From an uncultured delta proteobacterium (GTDB taxonomy: Bacteria; Desulfobacterota; Desulfobacteria; Desulfobacterales; SG8-13): a DNA stretch of 64,000 nt. Under the pieces are notes generated by a model. The model saw only the letters and a program-made list of their open reading frames with translations. It made no database searches and was not told the origin of the DNA. Location of the stretch: assembly GCA_963848135.1 (NCBI GenBank), contig CAWKCK010000017.1, positions 744,001 to 808,000 of the forward strand, given 5' to 3'. The translations under genes were made by a program, and so were the position numbers. This document shows, one piece after another, positions 18,553 to 28,453 of this stretch; positions within the stretch are counted from its first letter, which is position 1, and each line of letters starts with the position of its first letter.

Positions 18553-21500
18553 ACCAGTCCACCTCCCCCGCCTTACGAACCACGATCATCTCGTCCCTTT
18601 GAGAACCGACAGGACCGTAGTAGTTAAAACCGTAACTCAGCTGGGCATAACCGCCAATCATGTGGGTCGGCTTCACCATGATGCGCGTGACGCTGTTGTG
18701 GGTCCCGCCCCGCTGGCCGGACAGTTTCGAGCCCGGCGTATTGATCAACCTTTCCTGGGCGTGGTACATGAAGGCTTTCCCGGGTGGTATGCGATGGCTG
18801 ACCACCGCTTTGGCCATAACGACACCGTTGACGTTGAAGCACTCGAGCCACTCGTTGTCTTTGACTTCCAGCTTGGCGGCATCGTCGTTGTTGATCCAGA
18901 TCGCCTCCCCGCCTCTGAACAGTGTCAGCATGGTCAGGGTGTCCGAATAGGTACTGTGGATCGACCATTTAGAATGCGGGGTCAGATAGTTGAGGATTAG
19001 CTCTTTGTTATCCTCACGATCGAGCCGGGTGGATCCCATAGCCAGCATGTCCAGCGGCGGCCGGTAGAGCGGCAGTCCTTCTCCGAAGTCCCTCATCCAG
19101 GGATGGTCCTGGTAAAACTGAGCCCGCCCGGTGAGGGTCCGAAAAGGCACTTTTTCTTCGATGTTGATCACGAATGGCGAATAGCGTCGCTGCTCCGATT
19201 CGATACCGCTCCAGACCGGTGAAGTAATGATCTTTCTGGGCTGGGCCGACAAGTCGGCGAAATCGTATTTGTCGCCCTTTCTGTCCAGGCTCAGATGCTT
19301 TAGCGCCAGACCGGTCTTTTTTTCAAGGGGTTCCCACGACTTCACCGCCGTAGCGCCGTTGGTTTCGGGTGCCAGGTTGAGAATCACCTCGGCCACCTGT
19401 TTGCCTGTCTCAAGTTGCGGCATCCCGTGGCTGATGCCCGATTCGATCACCACACCCAGTTTCTCTTTGAGTTCGGCATACTCTTCCGCAGCTTTCCAGA
19501 GCAATCCTTTGGAACCGACACCCGGGCTTTCCACCAACGGCCCCAGGGCGGTCATCATTTTGTATGTGTTGGAAAAATCACGGGAGACAACTGTCAGGGA
19601 CGGCATGGTTTTGCCGGGAATGGCTTCGATTTCGCCCTTGCGCCAGTCCTTCACGTCCGGTTGGGCGATCTCACCGGGGCTGTCGTGCAGCAGGGGTGTT
19701 GCGACCAGATCCTTTGCCGGCTCAAGATGTACGGCGGCCAGTTCCGAAAACTTCTCGGCGATCGCTTTGAACTGATCCCAGTTGGTGCGGGTTTCCCAGG
19801 GCGGATCGATGGCCGGGTTGAACGGATGGATGAACGGATGCATGTCGGTGGTACTCAAATCGTGCATCTCGTACCAACTGGCGGCCGGCAGGGCCACATC
19901 CGCGTACATGGCGCTGGTTGACATGCGCAACTCCAAGGTCACCAGCAGATCGAGTTTACCCTCGGGAGCCGGATCCCGCCATTCGATCTCCTCTGGCCGT
20001 TGGGAACTGTCGGTGTTCAGGACCGCGTTATCGACGCCGAGCAGGTGTTTGAGGAAGTACTCGTGACCCTTGCCGCTCGCGCCCAGCAGGTTGGCCCGCC
20101 AAAGAAAAAATACACGGGGGAAATTGTCCGGATGATCGGGGTCTTCCACGGCGAATCGCATCCGGCCGTTTTTCAACTGGTCCACCGCATGAGCGATAAT
20201 CTCCTGATCGGTTGTCGCTCCCGCCTCGGTCGCCTCCCGGCACAGGTCGATGGGATTGCGGTTGAACTGGGGATAGGAAGGTAACCAGCCCAAACGGGCC
20301 GCCGTCACGTTGTAGTCGGCCGAATGGCGGCTTTTCCCTTGGTCTGCGCCGGGAGTCAGAATCGAATGCACATCGAAATTGTCATACCGCCACTGGTCTG
20401 TGGCAAAATAGTAGAACGATGTGCCGTTCTGATGCCGGGGCGGCCGACGCCAGTCGAGCCCGAAGGCCACCTGGGACCAGGCCGCCTGGGGTCTGACTTT
20501 TTCCTGGCCGACATAGTGGGCCCACCCGCCGCCGTTGACGCCCTGGCACCCGCACAGGGTCGTCAGGTTGATGATGGTGCGGTAGATCATATCGCTATGG
20601 AACCAGTGATTGGTCCCGGCCCCAAGGAATATCAATGATTTGCCTTTGGTTTGCTCGGCGTTGCGGGCAAACTCCCGTGCCACACGAATCGCATCCTCCC
20701 GGGGAACCCCGGTTATTGCTTCCTGCCAGGCCGGTGTGTACGGTTTCGGATCGTTGTAATCGACCGGGTATTCATCGGTCTCCGACGCTATCCCCGGTAG
20801 CTTCACACCGAGGTGCGCGGCCATCAGATCAAAAACAGTGGTCACCGCAATCTCTCCGTCGGCTGTCCGCAGCTTCTTCACGGGCACACGACCGGCCCGG
20901 GTGCCCTTGCCCTTGACATCGAACAGGGGCAGATCGACCGGCAACCATCCGTCATTATCTTCCGAAAAACTGAGTGCCGGATCAACGTCGCCACCATTCT
21001 CACCGTCCTTCAAATGAAGGTTCCAGAGCCCCTCTTCACTCCAACGAAAACCGATACTGCCGTTGGGTATGACAAAATTTTGCCGGGACGTATCAAAAAT
21101 GGCCGTTTTCCACTCGGCATTTGGAAGGTCTTTCCCCAGATCGGTGGCTCTTAGAAAACGGCCGGCCGTGTACGTTTCACCGAGTGGCTTAAGGACCACC
21201 GCAAAGGGCAGGTCTGTGTAGCTTTTGGCATACGATTCGAAGTACGCGGATCTGCGATCGACGTAGAATTCCTTCAGGATGACATGGGTCATGGCCATGG
21301 CCAGGGCGGCATCGGTCCCCGCTTTGGCCGGCAGCCAGGTGTCGGCAAATTTCACATACTCGGCGTAGTCGGGTGCAACCGCCGCCACCTTGGCGCCCCG
21401 ATAGCGGGCCTCGGTAAAAAAGTGGGCATCCGGTGAACGGGTCATGGGCAGGTTCGAGCCCCAGACGATCATGTACGTCGACTCGAACCAGTCGGCGCTT

Positions 21501-22246
21501 TCGGGCACATCGGTCTGTTCGCCCCAAATCTGAGGAGATGCCGGCGGCAGATCGCAGTACCAATCGTAAAAGCTGATCAACGAGCCGCCGATCAGCGAGA
21601 GAAACCGGGCACCGGAGGCATAACAGACCATCGACATGGCCGGGATGGGAGTGAAACCGAAGATCCGGTCCGGTCCATACTTTTGGATGGTATGGATAAG
21701 GGATGCGGCTATCAATGTGGCAGCCTCATCCCAGGGAACCCGCACGAACCCGCCCTTGCCTCTATCGCGTTGATACATTTTTCTTTTCTCCGGATCGGCG
21801 ACGATTGAGCGCCACGCCGCGACCGGGTCACTGCCGGACGCCAGGGCCGAACGCCACAAGTGCAGCAGCGACGAGCGAATAAGGGGGTATTTCAAGCGCA
21901 CGGGGCTGTATGTGTACCAGGAAAAGGTCGCACCGCGTGGACAGCCACGGGGTTCATGGTTGGGGTACCCATCACCGCAGGTCGGATAGTCGGTTCGCTG
22001 GGTCTCCCAGACGATGATCCCGTTTTTGACATACACGTCCCACGAACAGGATCCGGTGCAGTTGACCCCGTGAGTGGAACGAACCTTTTTGTCATACTGC
22101 CACCTCTTGCGGTAGAATTCTTCCCATTCCCGCTGTCCGCAACGGGTTTCCGTCCAACTGTCGGCGGTTTTTTCCTCTCTGCAACCGTACGTATCGCCGC
22201 GCGGTCGGAAAAATCGGAGGGATTTCAGGAAGCTTTTATCGGACAT
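18542..22246 (-). CDS. narG: respiratory nitrate reductase alpha subunit
   Basis: HGVNCTGSC, PRGCPRG, SFYDWYCDLP, TPHSKWSIHS, YGFNYYGPVG; stop overlaps the narH start. Confidence 0.98.
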   Translation of the reverse strand: MSDKSFLKSLRFFRPRGDTYGCREEKTADSWTETRCGQREWEEFYRKRWQYDKKVRSTHGVNCTGSCSWDVYVKNGIIVWETQRTDYPTCGDGYPNHEPRGCPRGATFSWYTYSPVRLKYPLIRSSLLHLWRSALASGSDPVAAWRSIVADPEKRKMYQRDRGKGGFVRVPWDEAATLIAASLIHTIQKYGPDRIFGFTPIPAMSMVCYASGARFLSLIGGSLISFYDWYCDLPPASPQIWGEQTDVPESADWFESTYMIVWGSNLPMTRSPDAHFFTEARYRGAKVAAVAPDYAEYVKFADTWLPAKAGTDAALAMAMTHVILKEFYVDRRSAYFESYAKSYTDLPFAVVLKPLGETYTAGRFLRATDLGKDLPNAEWKTAIFDTSRQNFVIPNGSIGFRWSEEGLWNLHLKDGENGGDVDPALSFSEDNDGWLPVDLPLFDVKGKGTRAGRVPVKKLRTADGEIAVTTVFDLMAAHLGVKLPGIASETDEYPVDYNDPKPYTPAWQEAITGVPREDAIRVAREFARNAEQTKGKSLIFLGAGTNHWFHSDMIYRTIINLTTLCGCQGVNGGGWAHYVGQEKVRPQAAWSQVAFGLDWRRPPRHQNGTSFYYFATDQWRYDNFDVHSILTPGADQGKSRHSADYNVTAARLGWLPSYPQFNRNPIDLCREATEAGATTDQEIIAHAVDQLKNGRMRFAVEDPDHPDNFPRVFFLWRANLLGASGKGHEYFLKHLLGVDNAVLNTDSSQRPEEIEWRDPAPEGKLDLLVTLELRMSTSAMYADVALPAASWYEMHDLSTTDMHPFIHPFNPAIDPPWETRTNWDQFKAIAEKFSELAAVHLEPAKDLVATPLLHDSPGEIAQPDVKDWRKGEIEAIPGKTMPSLTVVSRDFSNTYKMMTALGPLVESPGVGSKGLLWKAAEEYAELKEKLGVVIESGISHGMPQLETGKQVAEVILNLAPETNGATAVKSWEPLEKKTGLALKHLSLDRKGDKYDFADLSAQPRKIITSPVWSGIESEQRRYSPFVINIEEKVPFRTLTGRAQFYQDHPWMRDFGEGLPLYRPPLDMLAMGSTRLDREDNKELILNYLTPHSKWSIHSTYSDTLTMLTLFRGGEAIWINNDDAAKLEVKDNEWLECFNVNGVVMAKAVVSHRIPPGKAFMYHAQERLINTPGSKLSGQRGGTHNSVTRIMVKPTHMIGGYAQLSYGFNYYGPVGSQRDEMIVVRKAGEVDWYED

Positions 22247-22457
22247 GGCGTACCTCCCGTTTGAGCGGTCAAATGCGAAAAAACAGTGAGCCGTGAGGGT
22301 GAGAAATGCAAATTCTGTTATTCTTATACTGCGAATCTATCCGGTTAAATGACACCAAGGCCGTATTCTTTGTCCATATAGTGTGTATTTCCGTTAGGAT
22401 TCCAGCATAGTTGGTAAACGAGAGTCTTCGTATCGTCCAAGAAAACCGTTCAATAAG

Positions 22458-23018
22458 CTAGTGCTGTAGATATTTTTCTGCCAATCTATCCAGCATGGCA
22501 TGATATTCCTCATGACGCCCCGGACCGATTTCTTCTTTTTCAAGACGTTCGAAGTCGATTTGCAAACGGGCAAGTATCTCATCGGAAAACTGCGTGGCGG
22601 CGATCGGGAACAGCACGTTGTCTTCTTTTTCGATATGTCGGCGCAGAAGATCGACATACGTATCCACCGATTCCTTCAAGGCGTCTACGGCGCGATTGTC
22701 CCCGGATCGGATACTTTTCAGCGCCGCTTGCATACTCCTTATGTTCAAGCGACCGAGGTCGTGCTCGGACAGCATCACCCCAATGGGGCCGCCTTCCCGG
22801 CTGACACCAATTTTCTCAAGGGCCGGGAAGAGCAGTTTCTCTTCCTTTCCATGGTGGCATTGATCCACAAAAAACTTGAAAAATTCGATTAATTGTTCGA
22901 TATCCCGCATGGATTCGGCCAACGCCACCTCTTCGCCTTTAGAGGCCATCTCTTCGAGAATACGCAACGCCGTCAGAACGGCCTGATGTTCGTTTTTCAA
23001 TTCATCGATTGGCCCCAT
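22458..23018 (-). CDS. hemerythrin (HHE) di-iron protein
   Basis: EHQ, CHHGKEE, SEHD, RHIEKEDNVLFP. Confidence 0.9.
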   Translation of the reverse strand: MGPIDELKNEHQAVLTALRILEEMASKGEEVALAESMRDIEQLIEFFKFFVDQCHHGKEEKLLFPALEKIGVSREGGPIGVMLSEHDLGRLNIRSMQAALKSIRSGDNRAVDALKESVDTYVDLLRRHIEKEDNVLFPIAATQFSDEILARLQIDFERLEKEEIGPGRHEEYHAMLDRLAEKYLQH

Positions 23019-23110
23019 CGCCGATCTCCTTTTTCAGCATTTTCACATTCCAACAAAGAAACGTTCCACACGAAAAATCTGCCGTTTGACACTTTATATC
23101 AGCGAAAGTT

Positions 23111-23128
23111 TGCAAGCCTGATGCCAAA
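23111..23128 (-). promoter_or_regulatory. sigma54 -24/-12 promoter for the hemerythrin(-nar) transcript
   Basis: Minus strand TTTGGCATCAGGCTTGCA, an exact GG-N10-GC. Confidence 0.85.
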
Positions 23129-23162
23129 TTTTTAACGTTTTATTTCAATTAGTTAATGAAAT

Positions 23163-23226
23163 TGTTATGATATTAATAACTTCATAATGTTGCTATTAAT
23201 ATAACATTGTTGTAAATTTAGTGACA
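23163..23226. promoter_or_regulatory. three tandem GT-N13-AC palindromes, putative NorR enhancer sites
   Basis: GTTATGATATTAATAAC 23164-80; GTTGCTATTAATATAAC 23189-205; GTTGTAAATTTAGTGAC 23209-25. Confidence 0.65.
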
Positions 23227-24777
23227 ATGAATCCCTTTGAAACCCTCATATCGATGGCGATCGATTCGACCGCCGCGCTGACTGCCGGCGATCGTTACCG
23301 CCGGTTGCTTGACGCTCTTCGCAACGTCATCCCTTATGATGCCGCCGCTTTACTGCGCCTGGACGGTGACGCCATGGTGCCCGTGGCGACACGCGGCCTC
23401 TCACCCGACACCATGGGACGTCGTTTTCTGCTGCGTGCTCACCCCCGCCTGGACATCATCTGCAAATCGGACAGCCCGGTTCACTTTCCAGCCGGTAGCA
23501 GCATGCCGGACCCGTTCGACGGTCTTGTATCCAGCCGTACCAACCCCACCGGCCGTATCCACGCCTGCCTTGGATGCCCGCTGAGGGTGGACGGCACATT
23601 GATCGGTGCGTTGACGGCTGACGCCTTAATGTCAGAAGCTTTTGAAGATTTGGACCCTGAATTTCTCGATGCAGTCAGTGCGCTGGCGGGTGCACAAATG
23701 CGGACCGCCCATCTCCTGGCGACGCTGGAAAAATCCGCCGAACGGCAGGGTATGATCGCCAGCAATCTGATGCGTGACATTCAAATGCGGCAAGGCATGC
23801 CGCTGATCGGAACCAGTCCGATCATGGTGCATTTGCGCAAGGAAATCGATCTTGTTGCCCGATCGGATTTCACCGTACTGGTTTTGGGCGAAACAGGGGT
23901 GGGAAAAGAACTTGTCGTCCGCGCCATTCATGAGGCCTCGACACGCCGGAATGCCCCTTTGTTCTATCTGAATTGCGCCGCTTTACCCGAAACTCTGGCT
24001 GATAGCGAGCTTTTCGGACACCTGCAAGGTGCTTTTACCGGTGCCAACCGCGACAGGGCCGGCAAGTTCGAGGTGGCCGATGATGCAACGCTCTTCCTGG
24101 ATGAAATCGGCGAACTCCCTCTGGCAGTTCAGCCCAAGCTGCTGCGTGCCATCCAGGAAAACGAAATCCAGCGGGTCGGGAGCAACGATACACTGAAGGT
24201 AAATGTGCGCCTGCTGGCCGCCACCAATCGCAAATTGGAGGAAGAAGTAAAGTCAAAACGATTCCGGGTCGACCTTTACCATCGCCTCAATGTCTACCCC
24301 ATTACCGTGTCACCGTTGCGGCAAAGGCACGGTGACATTCCCTTACTGGCAGGCTATTTTTGTGAGCTAACGCAGCGGCGGCTTGGGCTGGGCCCATTCA
24401 GGGTCAGCTCCGGTATCCTGGAAGCATTCGAAAACTATCACTGGCCCGGTAATGTCAGAGAGTTGGAAAATGTTCTCTCGCGCGCAATTCTCAAAGCGGC
24501 GGCCGAAAACCCACATGGTACGCCTTTTGTTGTGGATATCCAGCATATCGATACCGATATTTCTGCCCCGTCAATCCAATACCACCAAGCAGAAACGAAA
24601 TTGCCCCTGTCGGACGAAACGGTGACACTGCGACAAGCCGTGGAAAATTTTCAACGAAATTTCATCCGGCACGCGGTGGCCAGAAATCAAGGCAACTGGT
24701 CCGCCGCCGCCCGGCACCTTGGGATGCACCGCAGCAACCTGCACAATCTGGCCAAACGGCTAGGTCTCCATCGGTAG
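23227..24777 (+). CDS. norR: NO-responsive sigma54 activator NorR (GAF-AAA+-HTH)
   Basis: HPRL, PDPFDGL and ACLGCPL in the GAF domain; [15 protein letters not shown]-terminal [17 protein letters not shown]. Confidence 0.9.
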   Translation: MNPFETLISMAIDSTAALTAGDRYRRLLDALRNVIPYDAAALLRLDGDAMVPVATRGLSPDTMGRRFLLRAHPRLDIICKSDSPVHFPAGSSMPDPFDGLVSSRTNPTGRIHACLGCPLRVDGTLIGALTADALMSEAFEDLDPEFLDAVSALAGAQMRTAHLLATLEKSAERQGMIASNLMRDIQMRQGMPLIGTSPIMVHLRKEIDLVARSDFTVLVLGETGVGKELVVRAIHEASTRRNAPLFYLNCAALPETLADSELFGHLQGAFTGANRDRAGKFEVADDATLFLDEIGELPLAVQPKLLRAIQENEIQRVGSNDTLKVNVRLLAATNRKLEEEVKSKRFRVDLYHRLNVYPITVSPLRQRHGDIPLLAGYFCELTQRRLGLGPFRVSSGILEAFENYHWPGNVRELENVLSRAILKAAAENPHGTPFVVDIQHIDTDISAPSIQYHQAETKLPLSDETVTLRQAVENFQRNFIRHAVARNQGNWSAAARHLGMHRSNLHNLAKRLGLHR

Positions 24778-24858
24778 TCAGGACATGCCCTGACGGGCAT
24801 TTTACTCAGTCGCAAAGACAAGGGATTCTGGAACCAAATTTTTTCTTTTAATAAATAC

Positions 24859-24885
24859 AAAAAGGGGGTTTTCACCCCCTTTTTT
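24859..24885. terminator. bidirectional intrinsic terminator
   Basis: AAAAAGGGGGT-TTTC-ACCCCCTTTTTT between convergent genes. Confidence 0.8.
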
Positions 24886-24904
24886 GATTCGACGAGTTGA
24901 GAAA

Positions 24905-25489
24905 CTACTTCTTATCAGAACTCCCGTAACCGGTTCCATCGGCCGGGCCGACACCGTCGTTACCTTCACCATCACCCGGACCATAGCTATGACTCTGCCC
25001 TTGCTCGGCGCCAAGACCCGCTTGGGAACCAGGTCCGGCACTGGGACCGGGCCCGTAGCCGGGGCCAGGCCCAAAGCCCAGGCTATTTCCTCCGCCGCCG
25101 CCATTGCCGACATTGCCACCATTGTTCCCGTTATTACCATTGCCACCATTACCACCTGAGCCGCCATTGCCGCCGTCTCCGCCGTCTCCGCCGGAACCAC
25201 CACCAGCGCCGCCTCCGGAACCACCGCCGGAACCACCACCGGAACCACCACCGGAACCACCACCGGAACCACCACCGGAACCACCACCGGAACCACCACC
25301 GGAACCACCACCGGAACCACCTCGAGCGATGATGAACGGCATTTGAGCTGAATGATCAGAAATGCCGCTGACATGTTGAGGACTCGTAAAATCGGATGGG
25401 ACAACCGCCGTCAGAGTCACACCCCAGGCTGGCGTCACTAAAAAAATCGCCATCAGCAAAACCACATATCCCTTTTTTATATTCTTCAT
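24905..25489 (-). CDS. secreted glycine-rich low-complexity protein
   Basis: Signal peptide (TPAWG), (GGGS)n, GGN repeats, C-terminal GPGDGEGNDGVGPADGTGYG. Confidence 0.8.
   Translation of the reverse strand: MKNIKKGYVVLLMAIFLVTPAWGVTLTAVVPSDFTSPQHVSGISDHSAQMPFIIARGGSGGGSGGGSGGGSGGGSGGGSGGGSGGGSGGGSGGGAGGGSGGDGGDGGNGGSGGNGGNGNNGNNGGNVGNGGGGGNSLGFGPGPGYGPGPSAGPGSQAGLGAEQGQSHSYGPGDGEGNDGVGPADGTGYGSSDKK
25215..25322. repeat. 12-bp coding tandem repeat (CCGGAACCACCA) x9 encoding GGGS
   Basis: Seven perfect units plus two units with one mismatch. Confidence 0.95.
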
Positions 25490-25525
25490 AACCTTAGCCT
25501 TCCTCCCTGATGTTTTTGTTTTGGC

Positions 25526-25551
25526 AACAATATTACTTTTCCCCAGTTACA
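25526..25551 (-). promoter_or_regulatory. putative ECF promoter TGTAAC-N16-TGTT
   Basis: Motif and spacing match three other copies in the cluster. Confidence 0.5.
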
Positions 25552-25619
25552 GTGAGCCATTTTTACCAAATTTACTTCTTTTCTTTCTTATTCTATCCCC
25601 CCTTCCTTTTATAAATTGA

Positions 25620-25645
25620 AACGTCTGTGGAGGATGAAGGTTACA
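25620..25645 (-). promoter_or_regulatory. putative ECF promoter TGTAAC-N16-CGTT
   Basis: TGTAAC cttcatcctccacaga CGTT upstream of the Gly-rich gene. Confidence 0.7.
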
Positions 25646-25866
25646 GACTTTTTGTTACATCGAAAGATTTTGAAACCATATATTAGCCCAGCGATCGGGG
25701 AGTTATTCCCTCAATGGCTGAACCAGAGCGTAAGGAATGATCAGAAGCACAAGCGGGCACTGCCTGAGTGCGTTAGGCAGTGTTACGAAAGAACACTGTC
25801 AATGCCTGGGGCTTGGGGGGGCTCGAACAAGCACTGTTGTTATCACAGCGGAGTTCTGGCGATGAT

Positions 25867-26889
25867 CTATTGCCCTCCGGAGCCACCCGAACCACCACCG
25901 GATCCACCGCCACCTGAACCGCCACCGGATCCACCACCGGATCCACCACCGCCTGGACCGCCACTGCCTCCGGCTCCACCGCTACCGCCAGATCCACCGC
26001 TGCCCCCGGACCCGCCGCTACCACCTGCGCCATCACCGCTTCCAGCGCCACCCGCCCCGCCGCTTCCGCCAGACGCGCCGGTTCCACCCGTGCCGGATGA
26101 CGTCCCCGAAGCACCATGCGGACTTCCCGAATCAGCGCCCTTCCCCTGGAATCCCAATCCCTGCGCAATTGCTGCCGAATAACTTTTGGCAAGAGTTTCC
26201 GGGGAGGTGCTTCGTGATTGCGTCGAGAGCGCTTGTTGCATACCCTGAAGCGCAACCGGACTCAATCCGCTGGCCAAGGCCTGGCTGACGAGACCGGCGG
26301 TAACTGTTGAGGAGACACCCAGTCGCACGGCTGTCCGTGCGGTTTCGAACGCCTCAAGCGCTAATGCATAGGCGCTGTCGGATTTCACCGGCTCCCCTCT
26401 CTGCTGGACGGCGTGCACGATACCGGTGGCATCCTCGTCGGTCAAACCGGCGGCCATCGATTCGGCCACGATCTGCCCCAATTGGTTCTTCTGGCCCGTC
26501 TGGTTGGCGAGCTGAGCGGCCATCGCAAAAGACGCTTCATAGCGAGACGCAATTGTCTGCATGGCACTGACAATCGTGGCCGGTGGCACCTGCTTGGCAA
26601 TTCCTTCTGATGCTTTGGCCACAACCGCCTGCAGGGGCAGACCTTTTTTACCGGCAGTTAGCATAACCCCGTGCGCATCGAGAATCTGTTCATCGTTGAA
26701 ATTGTGCTGAATCATGCTTTGGGTCAAACCAATGACGTTGCCGCTATCGATGCCGATGTCAATCACCTGGCGGGCGCTCACCATGACCTGTTCCGAGGCA
26801 GTGCCTGCCAGGCCCTGGTCAACCTCATCGCCATGGACATTCGCTGCGAAAAGAAAAATAAGGATCACTATTACGGCTGTTTTTCTCAT
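25867..26889 (-). CDS. secreted helical protein with Gly/Ser-rich tail
   Basis: Signal peptide (NVHG|DE); GLP..V..KA.EG.AK motif; C-terminal ~80-aa GGSG tail. Confidence 0.82.
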   Translation of the reverse strand: MRKTAVIVILIFLFAANVHGDEVDQGLAGTASEQVMVSARQVIDIGIDSGNVIGLTQSMIQHNFNDEQILDAHGVMLTAGKKGLPLQAVVAKASEGIAKQVPPATIVSAMQTIASRYEASFAMAAQLANQTGQKNQLGQIVAESMAAGLTDEDATGIVHAVQQRGEPVKSDSAYALALEAFETARTAVRLGVSSTVTAGLVSQALASGLSPVALQGMQQALSTQSRSTSPETLAKSYSAAIAQGLGFQGKGADSGSPHGASGTSSGTGGTGASGGSGGAGGAGSGDGAGGSGGSGGSGGSGGSGGAGGSGGPGGGGSGGGSGGGSGGGGSGGGSGGSGGQ

Positions 26890-26922
26890 GGTAACCTTCT
26901 TATAAATGGATCGAGAGACATT

Positions 26923-27252
26923 TTAGCGCACCGGCACATAAATACAGTTTTTGGAACCAAAATCGTCCCTTTCCTGAAAGCGGCATTCCGGTAAGAATAC
27001 GGATCCGTCGACAACATAAAAATAGGTGAATTCCGACCACGCGGGAACCGTTATCCCCCACTTGGTTTTGCTGATCCTAACGGTCTCGTGCAGCTGGAAA
27101 GCATCCAATGATGAAGCAAAACTGACGGAACGTGCACCGGGTATGTCGAGGTAAAAGTTGACCTCGGAAGCCGACTCGATGACGGTGTGATGAACGGCAC
27201 ACCCGGCGAGAATTGCGGTCACAGCGCTCAATATCAGTGTAAAACGTCTCAC
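26923..27252 (-). CDS. lipoprotein with glycogen-binding (CBM48/AMPK-CBM-like) domain
   Basis: Lipobox LAGC; W.ITVP...F.YFYVVDG...DDFGSKN. Confidence 0.75.
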   Translation of the reverse strand: MRRFTLILSAVTAILAGCAVHHTVIESASEVNFYLDIPGARSVSFASSLDAFQLHETVRISKTKWGITVPAWSEFTYFYVVDGSVFLPECRFQERDDFGSKNCIYVPVR

Positions 27253-27803
27253 GACCGGCTATCCACCTCGAGAATCGAATTCTCCCCGCCGAAATCATCT
27301 TTTTCGCGGGCCAGAATTGTCGGATCCGGTATCCTTTTTCCGCCCTCGATAATGTAGCACAACCGGTGTTCGCCAGCCGGCATTTCCAGCGTGGCCTCCC
27401 AGTAACCGTTGCTTCCGGTCTTTTTCATTGGCACAGAAGACCAACCCGTAAAGGTGCCGGCAATATCGACCTGATTCGCATCCGGCTGGTAAATGACGAA
27501 CCGGAAAGCCACCAGCGACGCCTCTTGCCTGGGAACTGCAAATACCAGAAGAAGTACAACCGCTGCCAGAGCCGTCCCCAGGGCAAATACCGGTCGCAGG
27601 CGCCAGAAGCTTACCCTGTGGCTTTCTTTCAACCGGATATCCGGTACATGGTCGACGACATCCAACCGGAGCAGCTTTTCCTGGTTCAACAGCTCGACGG
27701 TATCGTCTTTGAAATTTTCCTGTGCATGAACCGTCTCCACAAATGTTACCTTGTCACCAAGAGTAAGCTCGTCATCAATGAACATACTGATCAGGCCATT
27801 CAT
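27249..27803 (-). CDS. putative anti-sigma factor with extracytoplasmic glycogen-binding (CBM48/AMPK-CBM-like) domain
   Basis: N-terminal ISMFIDDEL, one TM helix, then V.IAGTFTGW...YW...L..PAG.H...IPDP...DDFGGENS; overlaps the sigma stop codon. Confidence 0.82.
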   Translation of the reverse strand: MNGLISMFIDDELTLGDKVTFVETVHAQENFKDDTVELLNQEKLLRLDVVDHVPDIRLKESHRVSFWRLRPVFALGTALAAVVLLLVFAVPRQEASLVAFRFVIYQPDANQVDIAGTFTGWSSVPMKKTGSNGYWEATLEMPAGEHRLCYIIEGGKRIPDPTILAREKDDFGGENSILEVDSRS

Positions 27804-28300
27804 ATCAGGGGTCCCTCTTTTAGAATTTTTTTTAGCTTCAAACGGGCACGGTGAACCTTTACTTTTACGTTCGCCTCGCTGATGCCGGCAATCGTTGCGA
27901 TCTCCCGGTAAGACAAACCACTGCTGACAACCAAAGAAAGGATATCTCTTTCATCCCTATCGATCAGCTGCATGGCCGCCATCACCCGCCGGACGTCTTC
28001 CCGCACCAGGTACCGGGCTTCCTGATCCCCATCGATGATGTCATTATCACCCAAGGGCTGAGCATTGTGCTCCTGCTTGCGATAATTATCGATTACCGCA
28101 TTGCGTGCAATTGTGTAAAGGAGCCCCGGTTGACCCTTCTTACCGTATCTTTCGAGATAACGGGTGAAGCTCTCCTGCATTATGTCGGCGGACAGGAAAT
28201 AGTCGCCTGTCATTCGCATAAGATATGAAAAAAGTTTCGCCTTTTGTTCTTTGTAGAAAGATTTGAATTTATCCACGTTGAATTGTAAATTTTTCCCCAC
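27800..28300 (-). CDS. ECF RNA polymerase sigma factor
   Basis: DIMQESF, LYTIARNAVID (region 2); LSYREIA..NVKVKVHRAR (region 4). Confidence 0.92.
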   Translation of the reverse strand: MGKNLQFNVDKFKSFYKEQKAKLFSYLMRMTGDYFLSADIMQESFTRYLERYGKKGQPGLLYTIARNAVIDNYRKQEHNAQPLGDNDIIDGDQEARYLVREDVRRVMAAMQLIDRDERDILSLVVSSGLSYREIATIAGISEANVKVKVHRARLKLKKILKEGPLI

Positions 28301-28301
28301 C

Positions 28302-28446
28302 TAACAGGGTGCTGAAAACGTCATGAGTGCAGGCAAGACAAGGCAAAATCCGGCGAAAAAGCGGCGTCTATGAGTGATAAATGAGCACGTCGAGCCGGTT
28401 TATTACGCTGTATGGCCAAACGCAATCGTTTTTCAACAGCCTGTTA
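28302..28446. mobile_element. MITE-like element (~145 bp) bounded by TA
   Basis: Terminal inverted repeats TAACAGGGTGCTGAAAACG / CGTTTTTCAACAGCCTGTTA. Confidence 0.7.
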
Positions 28447-28453
28447 TTAGTTT

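Noticed and set aside
12418..22246. Selenocysteine recoding in the redox genes
   Set aside because: No in-frame TGA interrupts these genes; the only break is the narH frameshift
25215..25322. Regular short repeats as a possible CRISPR array
   Set aside because: Contiguous 12-bp units with no spacers and no cas genes
25104..26182. Proline-rich + strand ORFs (PPPE repeats) and the VVVP-repeat ORF 24802-25404
   Set aside because: They are antisense or alternative frames of the Gly-rich genes, which have signal peptides and fit the operon direction
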